In this document: piece after piece, positions 52,096-64,000 of the stretch | Numbering within the stretch: position 1 is the stretch's first letter | Layout of the letters: every line of letters starts with the position of its first letter | Assembly: GCA_025201805.1 (NCBI GenBank) | Contig: MU619308.1 | Coordinates: forward strand, 62,001 to 126,000 | From: Parasitella parasitica NRRL 2501 | Taxonomy: Eukaryota > Fungi > Mucoromycota | Reading direction: 5' to 3' | Length of the DNA: 64,000 nucleotides | Notes under the pieces: model-generated | Seen by the model: the letters and a program-made list of their open reading frames with translations, nothing else | What the model was told of the DNA's origin: nothing | Databases searched by the model: none | Translations under genes and position numbers: made by a program

Positions 52096-52800
52096 CGGTT
52101 CTACGGCTCATTTAGCAGAGGTTATGACCAAATCAATTAATAATTATGAAAATGAAAACTGTTTTGCAGATAACTTTTGATGAACACATCGCCCAGTGGA
52201 AACCTAATTTTGCTCAGATAGCGACAATCATTCCTGTTTTTGTAAAGCATGAGACAGTGCTTTTTGTCGCAGCCTATCAGCGATCATATGCAGTTTCCAC
52301 ATGGTTTTGGCTGACAACTTTATGAGTATAAATAAAGCATGAATAACAATGTTGTCGCCAGATAGCGCAAAGCCAATGCTAAGTTTTCCAAGTTAAATCT
52401 CGGTTCTGCGGCCATTTTAGCAGAATTTATGAGCAAACATCTGATATGTATGATAAATATTGAAAAATAAAACTGTTTTTGCAGATAACTTTGGATAGAC
52501 ACATTACTCAGTGGAAATCAAGTTATGCTCAGTTAGCGATGGTCTTGCCTGGTTTACTGGTGCATAAGATAGGCTTTATTTCTGTCTTTACCGAAGCCTA
52601 TCGGCGATTATATGCAATTTTGATATGCGAATTTTTGTTATCAACTGACAATCGTATAGATATCAATAAAAACATAAGTGCAAATGTTAATGCCAGATAG
52701 TGCCAATTCAAGGCTAAGTTTTCCAGCTTAGACCGCGGTTTTACGATGAATTTAGCAGAAGTTATGAGCAAATATCTGATATTTACAATAAATGACGAAA
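52096..52800 (+). repeat. Diverged tandem repeat, about 2.2 copies of a 305-335-bp unit
   Basis: cggtt...tttagcaga..ttatga.caaa starts at 52096, 52401 and 52736. aactgttt(t)gcagataactt...cagtggaaa...tgctcag.tagcga occurs at about 52157 and 52471. gccagatag...gctaagttttcca occurs at about 52357 and 52692. Confidence 0.8.
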
Positions 52801-53733
52801 AAAAAATTATTCTAATTTATTGATTTATCAGAATAAAAATTAATTGAGTAAATTAATCAGGGAACTAAACTATTTATCATATGAAAAACATGACGGTTAT
52901 ATACTAATGAAATCAAGTAAAATAATGGGAGGAGGATAAGATGTAAGTGTGAGACATGGTGGTGTAATTTAAAGAATGGGACGATAGCTAATCCTATTTA
53001 GGGTCCATGAACATTTTGTCATTTTCTGTTAAAAATATGTACGTAACATATGTATCCTCCCGTTGAATACAACTTGATCAATAAAAAAAGCAGCGTAAAA
53101 ATTTCAACAGATATTATCGACATTTGACGCTTTTCAAGTTGTAATGTTTTGCGTAAGTATAATTTTGATTGTGGCAAAATTAATGTTTCTTCGGAATGCG
53201 TCTTTGGTAGCGTACAGATAAAGGTAAAAGGTACGTACGCAAAGCTACAATCACAATTGCTTAAGCTTTTTTACCCTGTTATAAATATGACAAGAGCATT
53301 TTGTTGTGCTTGATCCTTGGATATATTATGATATCCATACCTGCATTTGTATCTTGAATTGCTTCTCAATTGAAACCTTTTACTGTCGGTTCTGCCTACA
53401 ACGTACTAATAACGAAGTTGGGCATAATCAAAAATGTTAGTCAGATCACCAGTGTTTGAATAAGCTTTACAAAGATACGGTATTATGGAAATGTGATTTG
53501 TATTTAGAACATGGCATTATATAACTCCATAATTTAATCTCATGTTCTCAGCTTAATTGAAAGGGATTACGTACACAATGCCGTGTATGTACTAAGAAAA
53601 TGTGTATTACGACATGAGGAATGATCAGTTGCATAAAAGTAATAGTATAAGTGTAAGCGTAAACTTTATGTACACAAATTTTCTTATTTAGATCACATAT
53701 GTTATACGCTAGCCGTTGTAGAGTTGTAACAAG

Positions 53734-56082
53734 TTATAATGGGGATTTAGAAAATACGTGCAATACGCGGCTATATATAGACAATGATGAAGGCTTTTTC
53801 TTTTGCCTTTTTGCAGTTACTGCTGATATTGACGCTGTGGGTTCTGATTTAACTTGTAATAATATGTCATCCACAATCGCATCCGTCATTGAAACAACAC
53901 CTGTTGTACTATGTCGCCTAGTCCTTGTTTTCCCCGAGTCATTAGTGCAATTCCTTTTCAAGTGCAAGTTCTCCTGTTTAAATTCTTCTAGCTCTACTTT
54001 AAGCGACACCATTTTCTCGATTAAAGACATTTGTCCTTCGTTGACCATGTTGAATTTGCTCTGAGTTAGCTCCAGATCTTGGTTCAGTTTCACACATTGC
54101 TGTTCTAGCTCGAAATTTTTTATTTTCGCATGAACCAGTTCTTTATCGTGTTGTTGGTTTGAATAAAAGAAGGTTAAGCTTGTAGCAGGAGTCATTGTAT
54201 TTTCATCATCATCTGTGTAGACAGTGGAGGTGGAGTTCTTTCGGCTGGTTCTATTGCTGTTGCTGGAAATGTACGACGTAGATCGAAGCATGACAGGACT
54301 GTCGCATTGGCATTGCCTTTTTTTTTGCTGTTGTTGTTCAAATGAACTTCGACATTTCTCAAGCTCTACAATTGTTAGCTTCAGTGCATCTCGTTCACAT
54401 TCTAGATCTTGCTTATCGTTTTCTATTTCATCCAATTTAGCAAGTGTTTCGCGATGTATTGCTTTTAAATCCTGTAATTCGGTTAACAGCAGATCTGTCG
54501 TTGCTGATGGAGACACAGGCGGTTTGCTATAAGACCAATCTCGAGGCGATGAAACAGAAGACCACCTCTTTTTAACTATGGGCGGTTTGGCTGCCTCGAC
54601 ATTTGCGGCTGATGTTGTACTACAGCTACCTGCTACACTCGCTGATCGGTGAAATTCAGGTTTGCAGGCGGTATTGCGCTGCTGCTTTCTTCTCTTCCAA
54701 AAGCTAGTTTTGCTATTGGTTGTCGATATAACTTGCGGTGTCTGTTGCAGCGCAAGCTGTTCCTCTTCAGACATCATTGTATATTTATTTGTCAGCATAT
54801 CCATCTTTTCTCTTGTGATCATGTCAGACAGAGCCATAGCATCACGTATGACATGGCCATAGTTGTTCATGTAAGGCTCATACAGCTTCTTCGAGGTGAT
54901 AAAGTCCAGTATATCTTCAAATTCAGAGTTGACTTGATACAGAATTGTGTCTTCAGAATGCTTCAGCATGGCAATAGCTACACGCATGATGGTTTCTGCA
55001 GCCCCTTCTGCAAATATTATGTCATAAATCCGTTCTATCAGCGGGATCGGGAATGTATAGGCAAACAATGTCAAAAACCACTGAGATGCATACATGGCAG
55101 GATGAATAGCAAGAGTGTTTAAATAATGCGCCAGCTTTGGTACAATTTCATTCAGTAGACTAGAAAACTGATACAGGCGCAGCTGCAAACCTTCCATGTT
55201 TAGTGTAAACATAGATCTCATTTCGTACGTCTCCATTAGTCTGCAGAATTGACTTGTGAGCATTTTGTGATTTTAGACAGATAATGCATTATTTTCTATA
55301 CCTGACAAATACACAGAATGATTGGGTTTCAGGTATCTGCAGATTTTGAATGGATTTTAGCAAATGTGTAGATCGTTGTTTACAGATGTCACAACTTACG
55401 TTCATCAATAAAGGACCAACTAAAAAGCCCAAGCCTTGACAGTATCCCACATTTGGGTCGTATAAGCTGTAAGCTTCCAAAATACGCTTCATTTGGCTCT
55501 GGCCTTGCCCATTCTCCTGCTTGAACATGTCGATGCGAGGAAATGTCCTTGCAAGGTCTCTTTGAATAATTCTTTCATGAGGAGATTTCTCTTTGCAGAG
55601 CTGTTCATAGACTGTTTCCAAATGCAATGAAGCAGATTTGGACATGGCTTGCCACATCAAGCCTCGCACTCTTGTTGGAATGCCAGATCTCAGCTTCAGG
55701 GATAGTAGATGCGGCAATCTTAATGCAACCTGGTCTGAATCCTGGATGACAGCTTCCCAGAATCCCCAATCGATTTCTTCCTCGTCGTCATCATCATGCA
55801 CTTTTACTAACTTTTGAACAGTAGAAAAGTGTGCCTTTAATTGGTTTGACTGAATGCAAATTGATTTAGGGTCTTTTTCTAACAAAACATTTTGCCTCTC
55901 AATCTGCGCCAATATGAATGCTGTGGAATCCTACGAAAAACATAATTTGTAATTTAGTATTATTGTTCAAGGGGGAAAGGTGTCTTATTGTGTACCTGTG
56001 GCGGCAATAATGCATTTTCTTTTTGAAGTCTGAGAAACAACCCATCTTCATTATCATCCTGCAAAGATACAATATCGTTCAT
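53734..56082 (-). CDS. TBC-domain Rab GTPase-activating protein (Gyp5/EVI5-like) with a C-terminal coiled coil
   Basis: GIPTRVRGLMWQ; R-finger IQRDLARTFP; Q-finger GYCQGLGF; MYASQWFLTLFAY. ATG 56082, 4 exons. Confidence 0.93.
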
Positions 56083-56272
56083 TCTAATTTTATCTATTTG
56101 GTAGACTAAAGAGAAAGAAGAAAAAAAAAAGAGTTTTATGTTAATTTGATTTATTTATTTAACAAAAGAGTAATTGAGAGTTCAAAAATGCAAGGGGTTC
56201 TTTTTATTTTTTGCTAGTTAGGGGAATAAGAGGGGAGGATGTTACTATACACAAATGAGAAAAAATGTACTT

Positions 56273-57922
56273 CTAATGCCATGAAAGTAATCTAGTTAAT
56301 TTGGTGTTTGGTACTTCAAAAAACGAATAACCTACAGCAATCCATGAGTAACCTGATGCAATCATATATAATTTTCAATTTATACCTTGACGAGCTACCA
56401 ATATCTCTATAATAGGGCTCAACATTGCTTCATAGTCCACATCTGGATCATTCAACTCAGGAATTCCACTTGTCCACCCTTTCTTAATAACACCCCAATT
56501 ATACATATCAACTGGAGTAAATGTGCAAGGAAAAGCTTTGACCAAAGGACCAAAAAACTCGGGATGAGCATCAATATCAGAATAAACATCGTTTGTCAAG
56601 TAGTAGATAGGATACGAATTGTCGACCGTTTTTACATATTCGATGCAGGCTAGTAGCATTTCGCTTCTTTTCGTTTGGTCTTGCTGTGTCAAATCCTTCA
56701 ACTTTGATTTCTGAAATGGCAATGCTGCAGAAAGCGCTTGATGGATAGGCATATCACCCTCTAATTCACGCACCAGAGACAGCATGAGTTCGTTTTGCGC
56801 TGAATGGTCCAATTGCTGCAACAACTCTTCTGGAGAATAGGGCACGCCGTCTGCATGCTCCAGCTTCAAATGATTGACAAAGGCTGTTCCTTCAATTTCG
56901 GCAATTTCTCTAGCCATGGATATTTGATTGACTAGCTCGGTTTTCGTTACATCTCCCAAATTCATGTGCATTACGTTGTAAATTCCTGAACCTCCCAGTT
57001 TGCTGGTGATTTTCTCGGCCACTAAGTTGATTTGATTGAACTGATTTGGTGAGGTAAATACCTTGCTCCTCAATGCTACTTGTAACTTTGTTTGCTTCTT
57101 GCTTATTTTCGTTTGATATCGAAGACCAAATACCAACGATCCAAATTGAATGTAGCGCTCCTCTATTTGCAATAGCTTATCTGAAGTCACCAAGGTTTTG
57201 AGAGGAGTAGCTAATTTGGTGCTGGCTTCCACCTCATTTCGTTGACCACTATTTGTAAACAGATTTGACCAAGAACCTCTATTTATTACCTTTTGTTGAT
57301 CTTGAATATCCCAATCTGAGCCGTTGCTAGGGAAACTAGTGGGATCTACAGCCACAATATCATGCTGCGTCAATTTCAAATGAGACAACATGGGCTCGTG
57401 CATACCCCAGCCATGTCCCCATTTGCGTTCAAGGACACGAATCCCAAACCGAGTGTTGAGTTCCTTCAGATTGAAAAACGATGACCAAGGTAATTCAATC
57501 CATTGATTCAAATCTCCACAGGGCTGAAATTCTGTGCGCCAATCTTTCTTATCAAGTAGGCAAGTTGCCTTTAACAATTCCTTGTCTTGCGATTCGTAGT
57601 ATTTCTGTAAAATTGTATATGGTGCCCAGGGTATATCTTTCGTTCCCAATCGAACTTGAGGTAGGATGAGCGTGCGATTCGTCTCCAGCGCAATACGAAA
57701 CGCGTTCCTTACTGCTTCGTGTTGTGAAGCGAAATCACCATGAGGAAAAAACGACATAAACTTTTCATGTTCACTGGCCTTGACATTAGGTTGTTTAGTA
57801 TCGATGATTAACGGAGTTGTTTCAATGATGGTTTCCTTGGGTTTATACACAAAATGAGCAAATAGAAATGCAACTGTAATGAATAGAGCTACAGCACTTG
57901 TGATCCGCAGAGCATTCTTCAT
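56273..57922 (-). CDS. Type II membrane protein of the fungal O-fucosyltransferase-like (CigA-like) family, with degenerate motifs
   Basis: N-terminal signal anchor. EKFMSFFPHGDFASQHEAVRNAFRIALETNRTLILPQVRLG resembles the family start (YLPHSGFHNQ...NRTLxxP). Also IQFGSL, IYYLTND and FPCTFT. The last exon GYSFFEVPNTKLTRLLSWH* follows one intron. Confidence 0.7.
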
Positions 57923-58159
57923 GTTTAATTAACTGTGACAAAGGAGAGAAAGAAAGAGTGAACGATGAAAAAGACAAAGAAACAAAAATAAATAGGAGAC
58001 CCTTTTTCTATGCTAAAACAGGCAGTCTTTCTGCATATATGGTTTCATCCATTTTGTGTAATTTTATCAAGCTTTTAATTAATACGATTCATTATCTCAC
58101 AGGCAATAACAAGGGGATTTATTTAATCATAAGAATGGTATAATATACATGATTGTTAT

Positions 58160-59348
<1,189 letters not shown>

Positions 59349-59404
59349 TTGTGTGTATATGTATGTATTTGTGTGTGAGTAAAAATGATAGAAGGAAAGA
59401 AAGA

Positions 59405-59875
59405 TGCCTTGATAAAATCTTGTCTTTTTATAACAAGTGCCTTGTCATGTCTAGCTATTCCCAATCATGTGGCAATGATTATATAGAGTTGATAGTATTT
59501 TATATATATCAGGCATATATGCAGACAGGTTATCTACTTTATTGCCATATTTTGGCCCCTTGTGTGTCCCATCGATTTCCTATCTTTTCCTGATTTGAGC
59601 CAATCTTATGTATCCTGACTTTCGGACTGATGAGATCATCTGCACTTTTTGCTTCTTTTTTTGTTGTTCACCAGATTTGCATTCGTAATTTGGGTCTATA
59701 TCAGACACATAGAGTATAGCCATGGTTCTCTGCTGATAATTGATATCATTGTAAAAGGATGATACAGTGCTTGGTGTGTGTAACAGTAAATAAAGGAACT
59801 AATCTTATCAAATTTCTTATCATTGACTCCATGAGAATATGCACGAACAGATCTTTATGTACATTTATCTGCTAA
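59405..59875 (-). promoter_or_regulatory. Cluster of GATA(A/G) motifs upstream of glutamine synthetase
   Basis: GATAA, TTATC or GATAG at about 59411, 59491, 59530, 59580, 59735, 59805, 59817 and 59865. Consistent with AreA/Gln3-type nitrogen control, but such motifs are frequent in AT-rich DNA. Confidence 0.4.
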
Positions 59876-62800
59876 AAATGCTGGTAAATTTTCTAATCAA
59901 ACTTGTTATAATATGATCTTTAGGGTTGATTGGTCGGCAAGAGAGCTCCATCGAATTCTGATATAAGCGGTATAGAATGTCTCTGCCCTACAAAGTATGT
60001 GGCATCATCATACCATCGAACGCCCAGCAAAACAAAGTTGTTACGAGTTATTTATCTTTTCGTGCAACTATGCAAAAAAACATTTATGGACACAACGCAA
60101 ATCACAGGGACAGTGTGTACATACATAATATGTATTTGACTTGCCATTTGAGTTTATTTAGACGAACAAGCAGACTATGGCGTTTAATTTTGCTTTTCAT
60201 AGACAAGCATCATAGATACATGCTCATTTGCTTGTATTGCATGATATTATGTTGCATGATTCAACGTAGTGTAATAAAACGTCATTATCAGATGATGGCA
60301 TAGGATTGTTTATCGATATTCTATATTAAGTTGATTTGCATTCAAGATCAAATGCAGCATTTTAAGTTAAAGATGTATTCATATGTACCTATACTGTTTA
60401 AACTAAGATCTTATCATATAAATGCTGGGCGAAGCTAATCAAATATAAATGTTGCTATAAAGGGGGAAGATTTTAGATCAATCAATATAATAAACCATAA
60501 ATTTATTCCGGCTCTGACGTCTTCCAGTTCCAAATACATGGCACTATCTTACAACGCAAGGATTAATAATAATATATGGATATTGATACATGGCAGACAC
60601 TAGAAACACAATTTTCTTTTCAAAAGATTTAACAGAAACCTCAAAAGACTATACCTGCTCATTAACAGCATGGCATTCATATGTTTAAGCCCACCTTTGG
60701 TAGAGTGACCGAATCGCTATTTTCTCTGACGAGAGTCTGTGTGCAACCTTAATATTCTCTACAAACAGCGGCTCAAATAAACAGAGAATTCCATATTTTT
60801 CTGAGTTGCACGATGCGAAATGTATTATTATTTTTTACTGAGCACTATTGGTTTATGATGTTACAATTTAAAAGTGATTTGGCGTATGTATACAACCACC
60901 TACCAGACGTATAAGATGCTATCGTTACACAGGCAAAGCCCACCAACTATGGTTTCGATTAGATCTATGGTGGATATCATCTTTAAAACTGGGACTTTTC
61001 ATTTCTGTATAAATTATTTGAATGTATTTTAAACTGGCATGTCCAATTGAGAAAATTTTAGGTCCATTGAATAGATTGACAGAGTATATATTGATCTGAT
61101 AATGATTGGAATGTATATGTTTATGATTAGAACACCTCAGTAAGATTTGATCTTTGGTGCAGTACAGATAAAACTTTAGGCAACTTGATTCAGATACAAT
61201 TTTGCCACATACTTGTGGTTTTCTCATAGGAGGGGAGACGGTCATATATATAATGCTATAATCAATGATGGCCTGTACTTCTTATTGATGAAAGCCGTAA
61301 ATTTTTAAATAAATAGATTGTGTCAGTACCTGGTTTTCACAGCCTAATCCATGTAGCCATTCTACCAAAGTGCAAATAGAAATAGACGCTGGTAAGTCGA
61401 CAACGCATTGGGTTTTCATCCAAATTTTTTTCTATACATCATAAATATTCCCATTTTATAATCTCTATTGTGGACTTATAAGCGACTGCTTGAGCATTTT
61501 CTTACTCTGGTTAATTTTGGCACTTCTTTTATTTCGAGACTCAATGTCCGCTTTGCAATTATCTTTGCACAAAGTAAAAAAATAGCCCTAGCATTAGTCT
61601 ATCAATATTTTATATTAAGAAGACTATCTAAAATTATAAATCATTAACTCAATTTCTATATTTTATGTGTTTGAAGAGATACGTAACATAGCAACGTGAC
61701 GGCCAAAGCTAGATCTGATCAATATACAACGATTTGGCTCTACAATTGTCATCAGAGGGGTAACAAGTACAATAACTTTAACAATGTCGGAGAAAATAGG
61801 CTTTAAATCTGCTCTTATAGACAGGTTCGAAAGTCGTCTCCTGACCCAAATCCGATTCTCAGTTTGATAGCAAATGTACAGGACAGGTAGCTTGACCATT
61901 ATAGAATGACACAACTTCTGTCAGATACAGTGATTAACAAGCAATCTTCCCAAAAACCTGGATACAGGGAATTCTGGAAAAAGTGTGTTTATCAAAGAAA
62001 AAAGTTACACTCGTTATGTAACAAATTATGTTTACTAAATACCAATTTTTGTATGTTCAGCAGCTGTTTCAGGCTTTTCTGTCAAAAGTGAAGGCCAAAT
62101 TAATGTTTTTGGGCGTCTGTCGGCCGTCATCTAGTATTGAAGCGTTAAAACGTGTAGTATTAGCCTGTGTGGTAGGTAGGCTTGTCGATGCTTAGAGTAA
62201 AATAAATTGCTGGTATAATCATACATCACTTACAGATCAAGATATATCTTTGATAATTTACGTATACAGATAATTTACTTAGCAAGGCTCTTTACTTAAA
62301 ACTGAAACACTACGCACTCTTTGGACGCTTTCATGCTTGATTTGAGAATTTAAATCTAATTTCTTTTACCTATTGCTCTGTATACAGAACTATGCTAATA
62401 ATTTAATCAAGATTAAGCGAAAAAAAATCAGGGTCATTACGCGAATGCATCGTATCAATGTGCATTATACGTTCTTTCGTATTCATCATCAGTTAAAGGG
62501 ATAAAGGCCACTTTTTCTTCAATTTCTAAAAAGTTGGCATGCAATTATCATTTATTCATTTATTAAATTAAAGAAAAACTCATTGTTGGTTGACTTGGTG
62601 CCAGAAATGCCACTTTTCGGCCCTTAAGATACATTGTAGTATATTTACCATGCCTCATAAACCTATTTTAAGCATAATATCATCTTGCATGACTTGATTA
62701 TAGCTTCTTCATATTTCAAAGAGACACTTTATCCTACCCTTAAGTCAATCAATTCTCTCGTGTGTTTGAGATTTGGACAATTTTTTGATTAAGCATTTCT

Positions 62801-63094
62801 GGATGTTCATTTTTTATAAGCTTTTACTACAAGCCTTCAAATACATGTGTAAATTACTCTTGGTAACACCCCGTTGTAGTCCTTTTATGGGAGTTAATCA
62901 ACCACCTTTTTTACCAGTATATACCGAACTCTATGTGACGATTGCAGTCATTTATAAGCTCTGATATCTTTATTATATCTATATACTCTCTGCATATGAT
63001 ACAACATTTAATATCCAATACTGATTTTCAATTTCAATTGGGTACTTCTCACAATTTATTAGAATCAGGAACCGTATATGTTTCATTCATGAGT

Positions 63095-63569
63095 CATTAG
63101 ATCACTTTGATTTTTGTTTGCCCTTGTTTTTGGCAGGCGCTGGTTCCTTGATCTGTTTGTTTTTGCCTTTTATCCTCTTGCTGGTTCTCAGGGTTTGTTT
63201 ACGTTGTGCTTGTGGTTCTGATTGGGGTTCGGCAATAGCAGGGTCCACATTTTCATTATTATCAACTTGCTCAGAGAATTTTGCATCAGCCTGATTGTCC
63301 GCAAATCGATGGTCAATGGAGTTATGAAATATGTCATTGAATATAGGATACAGAGCATCTATCGAAGAATGATCAGTCTATAAGATTGAATAGCATATCA
63401 AATCTACATAGACCAGCGGCATACTCCCGTCAACTTGTTTTAAAGACTGTAATATCTTTCTTAGAGTCTCTTTCTTGCTTGTTAAAATGGTTGCATCATT
63501 CTCGAGCAGCCTCAGTTGAATGTCAATGTGAAACTGATACAAGCTGCCATCAATAGAAGGAGGATTCAT
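63095..63569 (-). pseudogene. Interrupted reading frame, unknown gene or transposon remnant
   Basis: ORF 63378..63569 continues in the same frame past one TAG for about 90 more codons (TDHSSIDALYPIFNDIFHN...KQTLRTSKRIKGKNKQ). Confidence 0.35.
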
Positions 63570-64000
63570 AATTTACCAATTAACTGTATACAAAAGAAAG
63601 AAAAGAGATGTTGAAAGTTATTTTTTTATTTTTATTTTTGGCGATCTAAGTTGGACTGTTCCGTTTGATAGACATATGTTTACTTGATAAATAGGTAAAT
63701 TACTATCACTGTAATGGATGTGTGATAAAATATTTACATGTTTATAAGTAAAAAGATGCAATACTAAAATTAGATCAAAGCGTTCATATCGTTCCAGTAT
63801 ATCAAAATAGCTTTTCTCATGTAAAACATAGCACATTCTCCCATCGCAAAGTGGAAACATGTAAAAAAAGACAAAACCATAGTGAAAACAGGTTGTGAGT
63901 AGACTATGAAATACCAGATACAGCAACAGTTCCTCATTTAGAGCCCGATAGTGCTCGTTATAAACCATCAAATGTTCAAATTCAATTATTTAAAACTGAA

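Noticed and set aside
59608-59645. Hammerhead-ribozyme-like string GTA-TCC..GGA-CTGATGA upstream of GLN1
   Set aside because: There is no GAAA core after a stem II and no stem III complement; stem I is only 3 bp.

Overview
Eukaryotic, AT-rich, gene-dense DNA with short (about 45-90 nt) spliceosomal introns. Intron style and gene content point to an early-diverging fungus, probably Mucorales (inference). In order, the window holds: the 3' end of a cytochrome P450; the TFIIIC B-box-binding subunit (Sfc3/Tfc3) with an internal 12x66-bp higher-order repeat; an FLVCR-like MFS transporter; two tandem multi-C2H2 zinc-finger genes; a disrupted nuclease-like pseudogene; a WWE-like protein; a ~3250-aa CH-CH/spectrin-like rod/GAR protein; Acinus; peroxiredoxin TSA1; a TONSOKU/TONSL-like TPR-UBL-LRR gene; dynactin p22/p24; ATR/Mec1; a TBC Rab-GAP; a degenerate O-fucosyltransferase-like protein; and glutamine synthetase. 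The two most notable observations are (1) a spectraplakin-type actin-microtubule cross-linker architecture in a fungus, whose GAR domain is completed by an 11-nt microexon, and (2) a TONSL-like protein that keeps the animal-type UBL domain but has no ankyrin H4K20me0-reader domain, lying two genes from ATR. I found no tRNA, rRNA or CRISPR array. All gene models were spliced by eye and family calls come from remembered motifs; no searches were run.
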